A stretch of 64,000 bases of DNA from Takakia lepidozioides (Eukaryota; Plantae; Bryophyta), in the NCBI GenBank assembly GCA_030704615.1, contig JAKLZA010000023.1, positions 1 through 64,000 on the forward strand, written 5' to 3'. The notes below the pieces were generated by a model. That model was not told the DNA's origin. It worked only from the letters and a program-made list of their open reading frames with translations, and did not search any database. The translations under genes were made by a program, and so were the position numbers. This document shows positions 12,961 to 30,265 of this stretch, piece by piece (position 1 is the stretch's first letter; each line of letters starts with the position of its first letter).

Positions 12961-13832
12961 GATAGCCAGGTTTCTTGCGAATACGGTGGAATTACTATAT
13001 TCCCTTCGCCGTTGTACTGGAGGAAAAAAAAAACCCTTCTGCAGTCTAGGAAACATAGTTATGTCACTGTGAATATTAGCTTTGCCAGGAGAAAAATTGG
13101 GATCTCAAATCGGCGATGTGAGATCAGGTGGGTCGATTTCATGTTAGGCTGGAGAGACCATCTGATTTTAATGTAGAAAGGCGGACTATATGCAGAAATC
13201 AGAAACCATCTACTCAAGAACGATGCCAGTACTGGTCATGTGGTGAGATCATGAGAAGGCTGGCCTTATGTAAGGAATCTGTTTAGTCTCGACTCTCTAT
13301 AGGGTTATTCGAGATCCTTTGCTACAATTAGATTTCCAGGAGTTGTTTTATGTATATCACTTTTAAATTTATAGCTGGAGATGTGAAACAGAAATCACAA
13401 GGAGAGATTCTAAAGACGAACATACAGAGGGTTTACTCTTGGTTGGAGATGACCACATGTGCTAACGCAATACTAACCCTCTGAGTGTGCATAGCTGATG
13501 GACATGTAATCAAGCAAGTGCTAGAAATTGTAGGATAGAAATTTGCTGTTATTTTCCTTTAGCGCAATGCAGACAGAGTACACAGACCAAAGTCTTTGGT
13601 CATTGACTAAATCGATAGTCAAGTAGCATCCTAAAGTAGCAGGAGCACCATACGCACCTAGACTGAAGCCTCAGAGAACTGTCAGAAAACTAACTAGAAA
13701 TTTGCCACAGTATGTCATTCAGAAAGTCTTAATTTCAAACAGTTGCTGCTCAAGTTGGTACAACGCTAGTGTTACTAAGCACACAAAAAGTCCTCAAAGT
13801 GCTGGAATCTTCTTGTAGGGGTGCACCGTATT

Positions 13833-14355
13833 TTAATCGCTGGAGTCTGTATTAGTTCGCGAGTCTTGGGACCTCACACTCGGACCACCGTTAAGTACGC
13901 CTCTCTGCATGTAAGACATTCTAATTTGCCGTGTCAAGAATTGTTCGAAGAGAACAGGGTTGCAAGAGATGCGCACGCCGGGCCCCTCATTCTCGTATCC
14001 ATATTCTTCCTCGGTCTTGGCAAGCAGCTCACCAATTAGTTTATTCCTGAGGAGAACATTGGGATTACAAATCGGCGCCTCTCTGTGCCCACGTAGACAT
14101 CCACGTAGCCCTTTGGCACCCCCGGTGGGTGAGAAGCATCAGATTTTGTCACAAATTTAATGATAGAGCTGACCCCCGGTGGTTTAAAACAGAGGTGAAG
14201 CAGCCTCTTGGTGGGTGTGAGACATGAGAATTTGTCACACATTTGATCAGGCTTTGCTGCTTCATAGAGTTGACCCCCGGTGGATATATTGAACCAGTAC
14301 TGATGAAACAGCCCCTTGGCACCGCCTGTGGGTGTGAGAAACAGGATGCCCACAT
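13833..14355 (-). CDS. SAUR: SAUR (small auxin-up RNA)-like protein with apparent frameshifts
   Basis: VPKGYVDVYVGTERRRFVIP, then in a shifted frame IGELLAKTEEEYGYENEGPGVRISCNPVLFEQFL (SAUR core). ATG at 14355, TAA at 13835-13833. TATA-like sequence near 14600. Confidence 0.8.
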
Positions 14356-14379
14356 CGTGTGGAGCAACTGGTGAAATAA

Positions 14380-14560
14380 ATCAGACAGTCTAGAGCACGA
14401 AAGTGAAGATCAAAAAGTCTATAAGTGACTGTAAGAGTACGCAAGTGAAGATCAGACAGTCTGTACGAGTACGAAAGCGAAGATCAGACAGGCTGTGAGG
14501 GTACCCAAGTGAAGATCAGACAGTCTAGCAAGTGATCAGAGTATGTAAGAGTAGGCAAGT
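14380..14560. repeat. Degenerate tandem repeat (AAGTGAAGATCAGACAGTCT units) in the SAUR 5' region
   Basis: About five copies of AAG(T/C)GAAGATCA(G/A) spaced about 30-40 bp apart. Confidence 0.75.
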
Positions 14561-14619
14561 AACACTTGAAGAACGTTCTTCAAGTGAAGCGCGCTTACTA
14601 TTAAATAGTCCGAGGCTAA

Positions 14620-15000
14620 AAAGTTTTAAATTACTGCAATTGATGGTGTCATCAATTGAATTTTAATTAACTCATTAAAAATAGAAAATATATATGTCAT
14701 TGGATTTCTAGCTTCAATACGCACCCATAGCAACTCTCCAATCATGAATCCGATAAGAAATGACTCTGCTATGGACTTTTGAACACCGTCATTGTGGACT
14801 TTTACCGCAGTGAATGAAATTACAATGGACTCAAATTCTCCTATGTGCCATTGGTGAATTCCATTGAAATTTGGACTTAAGGTGGTCATTTTGGTCCACA
14901 TCATAGGTATAGATTTGAAGTGACAAAATCATTTGTCATTTGACTCATATGGACTAATATATGTAAATAAATATGCGTTTTTGAAAAGTCCATAGCTTGT
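14620..15000. mobile_element. Internal fragment related to the 4-bp-TSD elements
   Basis: AT-rich, with the same GCTATGGACTTTT / AAAAGTCCATA motifs found at 6291-6360 and in 7800-9460. No termini found. Confidence 0.5.
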
Positions 15001-15059
15001 CAAGGACGAGAACACTGAATACAAACAAGAGATCAGGCTAGAGATACAAGACTAAACAG

Positions 15060-15400
15060 ATTGTGTGGAACTTGGCCAAAAGCCTTCAGCATGGGCTGCC
15101 AGTTGGGGCAGCTCCATGGGTTCAAATCCCACCTATGCTTGGCCACTAAGGGTGGGAGATGAAGGTGAGGCTGTTTTGCATCTCTATATTTTGGGAGCTT
15201 GGGCTTGTGTGGAATTTGGCTTCAGCATGGGCTGCCAGCTGGGCAGCTCTGTGGGTTCAAATCCCACCCATGCTCTCCCACTATGGATGAGAGATGAAGT
15301 AGTTGGTTTGTGCTTGATTCTGGCCTTTGTCTTCATGTTGCTAGACTCCATTTTGTGTACCTTAGGCTTGTGTGGAACTTGGGCAAAGAATGAGAGCAGG
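15060..15400 (+). repeat. Tandem ~140-bp repeat containing a tRNA-like fold with a B-box (SINE-like)
   Basis: TGTGTGGAA(C/T)TTGG occurs three times. Two units contain GGGTTCAAATCCCAC. Confidence 0.65.
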
Positions 15401-15589
15401 TGGAAGCTGATGTGCACATGCCAGCTGTCTTTGTGCTTCAGCAAAACTGCTGCTGCCTATGGCATTTTGACCCCCCTTACTTTGACCAGTTGTAAATCAG
15501 AAAATATGAATCCATTTTTTGCATTCTATGGCTCATCAAAATGCCAATGTGCTGGACAACACCTGTAAGCAGGATGAGGTCCTGCAGAT

Positions 15590-15848
15590 TTCATCCTGTC
15601 ATTGAAAATTGCAAATTCCTCCAATTTCCCTTATTGTTTTAGGAGGGGCCCAAAAAATGGGCCCCACATTCAACGTGGCGTTTCTCTGATTTTCGCCTGA
15701 TTGGCCTGGAAATTTACATGTCTGGAAGGGTAGGCATAACGTCCGGTCAATTTTCCAAAAACATTTTTTTCGCTGAGATATTCTCATTTTTCTGAGTTGG
15801 GGTCCACTTTTTTCAAAAAGTCAACATTGGGCACTGGGCGCTTAAGGG
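15590..15848 (-). mobile_element. Solo terminus of a piggyBac-like (TTAA/CCC) element
   Basis: The minus strand reads TTAA|CCCTTAAGCGCCCAGTGCCCAAT, resembling the left end at 41930 (TTAA|CCCTTAAGGGCCCAAGAGACCCAAT). No partner end found; the inner boundary is approximate. Confidence 0.55.
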
Positions 15849-16600
15849 TTAAATAGCGTAAAGAATTTTCAAAAAACCTCCTTTGTATTTGGAGTGGGCT
15901 TATTTCGTGGAATTTTGATCTAAGAATGACCTGGTCAGTCTGACCAACGAATGTAAAAGTGAGAGGATTGATGGACGCCAACAAGAGTGCGTCCAAGAGC
16001 CGTAAAGGATTTTGGGGGCAGATTCTTTGAGGCAAATTAGGATGCAGAAGATCGACGCTCCACGGCGCTGGCGCTTTCTGCGTTCCTAATCGGCTGTTTG
16101 ACTCTCCTAATCGGCAGTTTGACTTTAATTGCCTCATTATGGCCTGCAGCCAATCAGGGCCTCGCAGAATCTGCTCCCAAAAGTCCTTTACGCCAGGGAA
16201 CGCGCCCCCTTCTCTAGTACATTATGGCCCAAAGTTCACCGCGGTCCGAAGGTGGGCCCGCTTGTTGAATGTGGGCGACGGCCAACCAACCGTTGACACT
16301 CTGCCGTACGCAATGTCAACGCGCTTGATTCTCACTGCGTACAAACACGCACTTGTCTGTATGTATTTTCCTTTCAAACGGATCAAGTGCACTCTTGTCT
16401 TGGGCAGAATGACAGCACGCCAAATATACGGTAAATATATGCGATGCCCGGCTGGGCTGCCAGGGGTATGATAGCTTTGATGACCCGGAGAAGAAGAGGG
16501 TGGCGGCCGACGTAGCGAATAATAAGTTGGACGCGCGGGACCAGAGCAGAGGTCGTTGTCAACCTGAGTTGACCAGTGTGCCACTGCGCCCCCCCCTCGA

Positions 16601-16606
16601 TATAAA
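16601..16606 (+). promoter_or_regulatory. TATA box of GPAT gene
   Basis: TATAAA followed by a CT-rich 5'UTR-like tract, about 300 bp upstream of the ATG. Confidence 0.5.
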
Positions 16607-16911
16607 CCGCACACTACGCTCACTCACTCGCACCATCTCTCAGTCTCTCTCATCACCTCCCTTCATCCCCGCCCGCTCTTCTCTCCGACTTGTCTGAGAC
16701 ATACAGTCAGTTTTCTGCCTCTGCACTACACACATCTGCCTCTCTACACTACACGCAAGGTGTGGTCCACCAAGAACGCGATCGACATATTCAGATCGTT
16801 TGAGAAGCAGAACTGGGCAGTGTGAAGACGATCTGTTGATATAGTGCAGCCAGGACGTAGCTTCGAAAGATCGGGTCTTCTTCAACAACATAACATGGGT
16901 CCGAAGGCGAG

Positions 16912-18402
16912 ATGTCTGGGGCGGAGCCCTTCGATTACATTGAGAAATGCAGCTCCGATGGGCGAGAGAAACAGACGGTAATAGATTTGGATGGCACCTG
17001 GTCAGAGGGCGGAGCTCATTTCCCCTACTTCATGCTGGTGGCATTCGAGGCCGGGGGCTTTCTCCGTTCTCTGCTCCTCCTCCTCTTCGCCCCCATTGCT
17101 TGGTTCCTTTATCACTTCGTCTCAGAAGCTGCAGGGATCCAGGTGTTAATCTTTGTCACCTTTTGCTGGTCTTAAAGTGACTCAAATTGAGACTGTAGCC
17201 CGCGCGGTTCTGCCAAAGTTTTACTGCGAGGATCTGCACCCAGAGACATGGCGTGTGTTTTCCTCCTTTGGGAAGCGCTATGTACTGACTGCCAGTCCCC
17301 GCATAATGGTCGAGACCTTTGCAACGGAGTATCTGGGTGCGATGTGGTACTTGGGTCCGAGATCGAGGTGACCAGGAACGGGCGCGCAACAGGTTTCCTC
17401 AAAGCCCCCGGTGTCCTTGTGGGTGTGAAGAAAGAAAATTGTTTGAAGGCAACTTTCGGGGATGAGGCACCTGACGTTGGCCTCGGCGACCGCAAGACTG
17501 ACCACCCCTTCATGGCTCTGTGCAAGGAAGGCTACGTGGTGCCCGCCAACAAGGTACAAGCCGTGCAAAAGGAGAAGCTGCCAAAGCCGATCGTGTTCCA
17601 CGACGGGCGGCTTGTGCAACGCCCTACTCCACTCAACGCTCTTCTCACCCTCGTCTGGATGCCTATCGGTTTCCTTCTTGCTGTGCTTCGGATTGCTGCA
17701 GCGTCCTTGCTCCCCATGTCCTTGACATACTACGCTTTCGTTGCCCTCGGGGTTTCGAAAAGGTCACGGGAACACCCCACCTGCAGTGAAGGATGGGAAA
17801 CAGGGAGTCCTGTTTATCTGCTCCCATCGGACCTTGTTGGACCCCATATTCCTGTCGATAGCCCTTCGGCGGCCTATCACAGCAGTCACATATTCCATTT
17901 CACGTGTCTCCGAGGCCCTTTCCCAATCAAGACGGTTGCTTTGAGTCGCAACAGAGAGCAAGATGCTGCCAACATCAGCAAGCTTTTGAAGAAGGAGACT
18001 TAGCCATCCCAGAGGGAACAACATGCCGGGAGCCATTTCTTCTACGATTCTCAGCGCTTTTTGCCGAGCTGACGGACAAGATCACCCCGTGGCGATGTTC
18101 AACAGAATGTCCATGTTCCACGGCACGACTGCCACAGGGTGGAAGGGCATGGATCCTTTCTTCTTCTTCATGAACCCAAGTCCTGTCTACGAGGTTACAT
18201 TTTTGAACCAACTGCCTATGGAGCTACATGTGCGGGTGGAAAAACATCGGTTGAGGTAGCCAACTACATCCAAAGGGTTATTGCAGGGACACTGAATTTC
18301 CAGTGCACAAACTTCACTCGCAGGGACAAGTACAAGGTTCTCGCTGGGAATGATGGTAGCGTGCCCGGCAAGACCACATTCTACCGACAAGATTACAAGT
18401 AG
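16912..18402 (+). CDS. GPAT: sn-2 glycerol-3-phosphate acyltransferase/phosphatase (GPAT4/6/8 clade, cutin synthesis), intronless, with indel frameshifts
   Basis: HAD motifs DLDGT and GLGDRKTD; [13 protein letters not shown]; ARAVLPKFY; [13 protein letters not shown]; acyltransferase motifs CSHRTLLDP and [15 protein letters not shown]; [14 protein letters not shown]; C-terminal [15 protein letters not shown]. Confidence 0.93.
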
Positions 18403-20730
18403 CTAAAACTCCGTGGGCCAGAACTCGGCCATTACATTCTTCAACCCCACTCTGAGGAGGCTGTTTTTCTTGCACGACTCCAGTGATTGGGTGTAAATCA
18501 GTGCGATCGAGTTGACTCACTCCTAAACTAGACTTTTGGCTGCGAGCTGCCGCCATTCATAGCATCTAAGTTTCTCAATTATTGGGATTTCTCTCAAAAG
18601 AGAGAAGGCCGTAGAGTTACTGCACATTGGCGTAGAGCTACTGCACATTGTTCAAATCTTCACTGTAGAGTTTACCCATCCAAAACAAATGCAGTTTTAG
18701 ACATTTAGAAAGGACAGTTTCCGATTGTACAGACTGTAGCATGGTGAAAATTTGCGTACTGCACAATTTGCAGGTGCCAATCTTCAATTCAAATCGATCC
18801 TGAAGTTCACATGTTAATAGTTTCTTCCGATGGCAGTCCTCGTCCTCACAAAAATTATTGTGCCAACCCACTGACTGAAGTACTCAATGGATCACGTCTT
18901 TGCTAAATGTATGTACATCAATTAAATAGACACAAATACCTGCAATGACAGTTATTTAGCAGTGGTTTACATCATGAATCTTCGTCAGGATTGTTCTGGG
19001 ATAGTCAACATTGTTCACAAGGTCGGTTTCACGCAAGCTCATGTCTCTTTGATGATGAATCCCCAAAAATTTACTTGTCGATGTTTGCGAACTGCGATTA
19101 CTGACTGATACTGCCCTGGTAGCGTTGGTTGCGGTGCGGCACTATTAACAGCAAGATCAAAGGCTTGGTTCTTCCTCCACGTCGTTGAACAACTCACAGC
19201 TCTCATTGAATTCAGGATCAATGGCCGGTTATCGTCACTCATGAATGCACAGTTTGTGTTCTCTTTTAACGCACATATAGGATCATGAATAAACGGATCC
19301 GGACGACTTGCCAAACCATCTCCATGTTCATCTTGAAAGCGGGTTCCCGTACTATTGTCACAGTTAGGCCGGGCTGCAGTTTCAGCTCCAAATTGCCTCA
19401 CCTGGGGAGCTGAAATTCAAGCCTGGAATGTTTGTTGGAAACACAGTATAACTTGTAACAAACTCAGGAGCAGCCTACAGCTCAGATTACATTAAATTGC
19501 ATTCTCCAATTACGAAGCTTCTCCACCACCATCCACGGAGCGGACTCAACTTCAGCCAATTCGTGAAAATGAAATCTTAACTAGGCAATGGGCATGATCC
19601 TGGGCCAAGTTTGTACACCTGGGATTCAAGCATTTAACGCATATCCGGGGTCGCCAAGAGGCGGCCTACTACTCCACACGGGCTCTTCCACATGTGACTG
19701 GAAAGGATGATCTTCTACTGCAGCTTGTGCATCGGAGATATACAGTGAACTCACACATGATGTATTTTTTGCCCATTCCTGGGAAGTCGAAGTTAGAAAC
19801 AGACAACGCTTGACAACTCACAAATTTACTCTCATTAATAAGCTTTCATCGACAATGGGGCGTCCCGCGGCTGGTGCTAGCAGACGTCTGGAGTCTGGAA
19901 ACGCATCTCCCGTCTCCAGCCTCTCGCCAGCTCATTGAGCATTCCCCCTACACCTGTGGCACAATCTTGTCTGCTGTCGAATAAGTCCTAGGGAAGCTCT
20001 TCAAAACAGGACGAGATCTCCCCAGCACTTCTGAATGAGGATGCACCTGCATGATTTCTCCCAGAAGACATGTTGTGTCTCTTCAAGAATTCATGGAACC
20101 CAGTATGACTACAGATCTGTACAGGTTCGATCGCTTCTGGAACCACTGCAAAATCCTCACGTTAAGAATGTACTGCAATTCTCCAACGCCATCGCAAATA
20201 AACACTTGTGAACTCTTCGTCCGGAGCACTTACCCTGATTGCACCAATCTAACAGATTCTACAAGAACTCTGTGAAATTTTCTAAGAAATCAATAAGATC
20301 AAGAATCTCTATTCTGATGTAAACTATGAGAAGTGGTCCGAGAAGACACGCTGTGGGCCCATAACCCACAGTGAATGACTAAACAAAGCTCAGACCAGAC
20401 GTATCAACGTACTTGTTCACTGCAAGCAGCGACAAGGATACCCGATAACACCAAAGTTGCACACACACTGGAGATGTGAGATGTACTCAACAGGAGAGGA
20501 GGTAACTGTATGGCGGGAACACCAGTTCAAACATTCAAACCCTGATGCCAACAAGAAGTAACTAGTAACTAATATGAGGTGGATGCCAACTGGATACGTT
20601 ACTTGATATATTTATAATTTAAGTTGATATGTTATCTTCATCACACATATAATGATTCGATGTGATTGATTTTATTTTGTGATGCAATCTAGGTACACTT
20701 GCTCGTATGGACTGGAAGATTACCACAATG

Positions 20731-21006
20731 CAGTGTTTTTGTTTTGTTTTGTTTTTTTTCATTTTTCCAAAATCGCTACAAGGGCCATGTAATTCGACAG
20801 CGCTCATGTGGCCAGAATAACGAGGTGGCAGGGTTAGAAAAGTGGCTTCATAACAGGTGGCACGTTTAAACATGTCCATGTAGGCAAAATCAGGCTCCTG
20901 ATGGCGCTTTCTGGCGAATTTTCGATTTTTACCCATTTTCAAGGTCTAAATCTGGTGATTTTTCGCCAGAAAAGTTTTTAAGGTAAAAAGAGAACAGAAA
21001 ACACTG
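20731..21006. mobile_element. Old hAT-like MITE
   Basis: CAGTGTTTT...AAAACACTG termini. The 8-bp flanks CCACAATG and CCGCAGCA differ only by transitions. Confidence 0.4.
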
Positions 21007-21905
21007 CCGCAGCATCCTTGTTCCCAAGTTACCTATACATAAATTTCACCAAATGTGATGTCCATATCGATGAATTCAAAGTGAAATGTGTGGTTTACAA
21101 TCCCACTTTGTCAGAAGGCCTTCAACATACTGTAAACATACAAACAGTTTTGAAATCATTGTGGATGACAAAACTTTGTCACTAGATTATCTCACATAAC
21201 TTGAGTTGCTGTGAGACAACTTTCTCGAGTGCGTTTGAGGGTTTGATTACGTAGATGAAAGTAAGAATCACAACAGGAAAAAAATTATTTTATTTTAAAA
21301 TCAACCATAAAAATCTTCTACCTACCTCATGCCAAATCATCATGGGGATTGTATTGTATTTAAAACTGAGAAGGGAAGATTTTTTCTGTACGGGTCGTAT
21401 TTGAATGTCCACCTAAGTCTCAACATATAGACTTTGGAGGGAAACTTCATAAGCGTTTTGGAAGGGAAAGAGACATACAAGGTGTAAGTACGAAGTAGAG
21501 GGAAGCTCAGTGGGAACAAGCTGCAGGCTGCCAAAGATTTCTACACTCAAAGACATTATGTTGCATGAAGACAGCAAATCAATGATGCAAAAGCAGATGA
21601 CTCTGATGCATCAATGAGCTGCAGAGGCAAGGCCATCATGCAAATATGGAGCCTCTAAACGGCTGACAAATGCAACTTCCACAAGCCATAGCAAGTCTAG
21701 CAGGTGGAAATCGTAACCCCAAAAGTGCTTGTCCAACTTTTCAACCATGTGTGCCTTCAGAAAGAGGCAATACTTTGCACTCCTTCAAACAACACCAAAC
21801 GTTCTATTTAGGTCATGAAGATGGTGACTATACATGAAACCACAAGCATCCATCAGTGGATTGTTGTTCAAAGAAGTGCGTGCACGCTTGAGGTTTCTGT
21901 CCTTG

Positions 21906-27462
<5,557 letters not shown>

Positions 27463-28228
27463 GCGTCTCGAACTGCCACCCGCTGCAGGTTAGGCAGCCG
27501 TCCCAGCATACATGAGTACCACGTAAATCCGCCTCTTTCTCTTCTTATCTATACGGCCTTCCAAACAACTTAGATGCCCTTCCTTCCGCACCCTACAACG
27601 TCTAGAAATCAAAGGAAGAATGCGAGCAACGAGGGATCCGGAAAAGAGATGCGAGACACAAGAGACAGTGATCTCATCTGCTAGGGTTTGCCTGGCCTGC
27701 ACGGATGACCCGTCGTCCGCCTGGATGATCACCCGACCGTTATGGATGATTATCTCAACTCCCTGATGATCGTCGGTATGAGTATGCGTAGTGCCCTATT
27801 CCATCCGCGACACATGGAGCCGTCTTACGCGTCGTCACGCGCGATGTTATCTTCGTCTGCGCTGGAGTCCTGCGAGAAGGCAGAACGAAGCATCTCTACA
27901 GTGCTTGCTGTTTTGGGGTTGCAAGCTGCCCTTCATCTCTCCCGTCGTGCAAGATCTTTGCACGGAAATTGTGGTCATCATGCAAGAGTTTCCATTTTGC
28001 TATTGCTTATAAGACAATCTCGAACTATTAGGTTTTTGACGTAACCGTGCTGGATAGCAAGGAAAACGAGAATTTTGTGTGAACAATTTCCCAGTTGGTC
28101 ATATCACACAGGGAAGTATAGAGTCCTCTCTCTTTCACCACTCTCTTTCTGACACAGGAACAACAGGAGAAATTTCTTTTGTACGTTTCAGAACTTAAAA
28201 GGTGGGCAACACATCACATCTATAGCAT

Positions 28229-29684
28229 CTAATTTGAGTCTAATTTCTGGGGTTGCTGGTTGGCTACTCTTGCAATGGGGGCGCTTCTTCTACTGAGTCT
28301 CCAAGTACTGAAAGGTTCTCCGGAGTCCTCCTCGAGGACACCACTTTGTTCTTTCAGGGCCTCTTTGAACACTGCTGTGCTTTTGATGTCAGTTGCCCCT
28401 GAATTGAATGTTCTGACGGCCACCACACAGGCCACCAACTGCCAACCTCCCCCAACATAAGGCTGGGTTAGCAAAGCTGAAAGATGTTGTACATATTACA
28501 TTCTACGGGTATGCAGGCTTGCAGCCAGATTAGGATCGTGCCTTCTGGGAATGTACGAGAGATGTATTCATTAGCATACCCGAAGGCCATAGTCCTCAGG
28601 ATCTATACTAATCTTCCAGGGAGGGGGTTTCAGCCCACAGGAGAATATGAGACTCATTCCTCAATTGCAATAGCCAACGACAAGCTGCTTATGTCAAGGA
28701 ATTGTCGCTGATGATCTATTGCCATCATGCTACAAAACACAATGTTGTGTAGAATATGGCCTCCAGTCAGCACTCCCAGGCACTGCGTGTCTGGGACAAA
28801 GCCTGAGAGAGGAGAGAGAGAGACACATTTCTCAAAGCCCCCCAAAACCCATGCTGTTAGAAAGTTTTTGGTTTGCAGCCAGATGGATTTCTGGGACTAA
28901 ACATGAGTTGATATAGTAGTCTCGAAGAAGGCCCTGTGAGGAAGCAGCAGCCAGTGCTCTGCACAGTAGGGATCAAGTAGAGCGGTGACTGCTGTTGTAT
29001 TGCTGCACATTCTGCTTTTCCCCACCCAGATCACTGCGGCCAACTTCTTCCAGCTGTTCCAGCTGCTATATCTGCTCTATCTGTACGTCTTATGCCCACT
29101 GACATAGCCCATATGTTGTTAGCTGCTACATATAGCTACAACAGTATTTACAATATCCTTGTTTTTTCGTTCTTTTGAAGAATTCTCCATCTTCTACAGG
29201 GTTTCGCAGGATTGTAGTCTTCTACCTATTATTACACTGCCAGTCGCACAGAGAGAGGAGGGAAACGAGCGAGATATGACCCTCTAGATAGTAAGTGACC
29301 GAGAAACAGAGCGCAAAATACATACCGCAACAACGATGCCGAAAGCCCACAAATACTGAACTATCAAGCCCAGAGTATTCCACTGGGGACCCTCCAAAAA
29401 CTAGGCTGTTCGCCGTCGAGTTTTGACATCACCATCTCGTATTTCAGCCAGTCTCTTCCGCAGTCATCTCTGGCTCTGGTGGAGACACGGTGACCCCCCT
29501 TCCCTCTCGAAGACACATTCTTGGCACCTGTAATTTGAAGCCTTCCCCTCGAAAGCGTGTTATGAGTTGAAAGTGAGACGACGGAGAGGAGAGCGATGGT
29601 GGATGCGAAAAAGATCGAGGCTTTGTAGAGATTCTGGACTGATGAATAACGAGCGAGGGAGAGAGCTGCTGTGAGGGACGCCAT
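28229..29684 (-). CDS. Small plastid-targeted single-pass membrane protein of unknown function, two exons
   Basis: Exon 1 (29684-29326): Ser/Ala-rich transit-like MASLTAALSLAR.., then (frameshifted) EGPQWNTLGLIVQYLWAFGIVVA|GTATG. Exon 2 from 28438: CAG|LVACVVAVRTFNSGATDIKSTAVFKEA. It resembles a conserved uncharacterised plant protein (from memory). Stop position is uncertain. Confidence 0.65.
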
Positions 29685-30265
29685 AGCTCCTTGCAAAGAT
29701 AAACAACTGAAGAGAGAGACAGCAGCTGCCCATGCCCGGGAAATAAGAAAAAATTTAAATAATTCTCCAAAACATTATATTTTTACAGCTGCCCATCACA
29801 CACCGCGCGGAGAGACCGCGCGGTCCGCACGCAGGGCGGGCCATCTTCTTTCCTCATCACCAGCTGCGGATCCCTACTTATCCAAGATCCTATCCAACCC
29901 GCACACCGATCTGAGCTCTTGAATAGTTCAAAAGAATCTCAGAGCAACTCATCTAGCGAGCATAAGTTTCTCAGCTCTGTTTCTTTTGGATTTGACCACA
30001 AGTCACACTGCCGCCCTCCTGATTCTGATTCTGGTTCAGATTTGGCAGCTGATTAGTGCATAACCAAGTGTAAAATCTGCTTCTGCTTTCATTTTCTGCT
30101 GGCCCTATTGTCTTTCTTGCGGGATTGTCGCCTTATCTCCTTCCTTTGTCTGGGTCTGGAGGCCTGCTTCAGCCTCACCGTTTAGGGAGTACTGATCTCT
30201 CTTGTCGTCTTGGGATTCTTTTCATGGAGTTTGAGTAGTGAGGGGAAGTGGTGGGAGCTGTTGGC

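Noticed and set aside
15088-15274. Functional tRNA genes
   Set aside because: There is no D-arm/A-box and no 7-nt anticodon loop; kept only as a tRNA-like fold.
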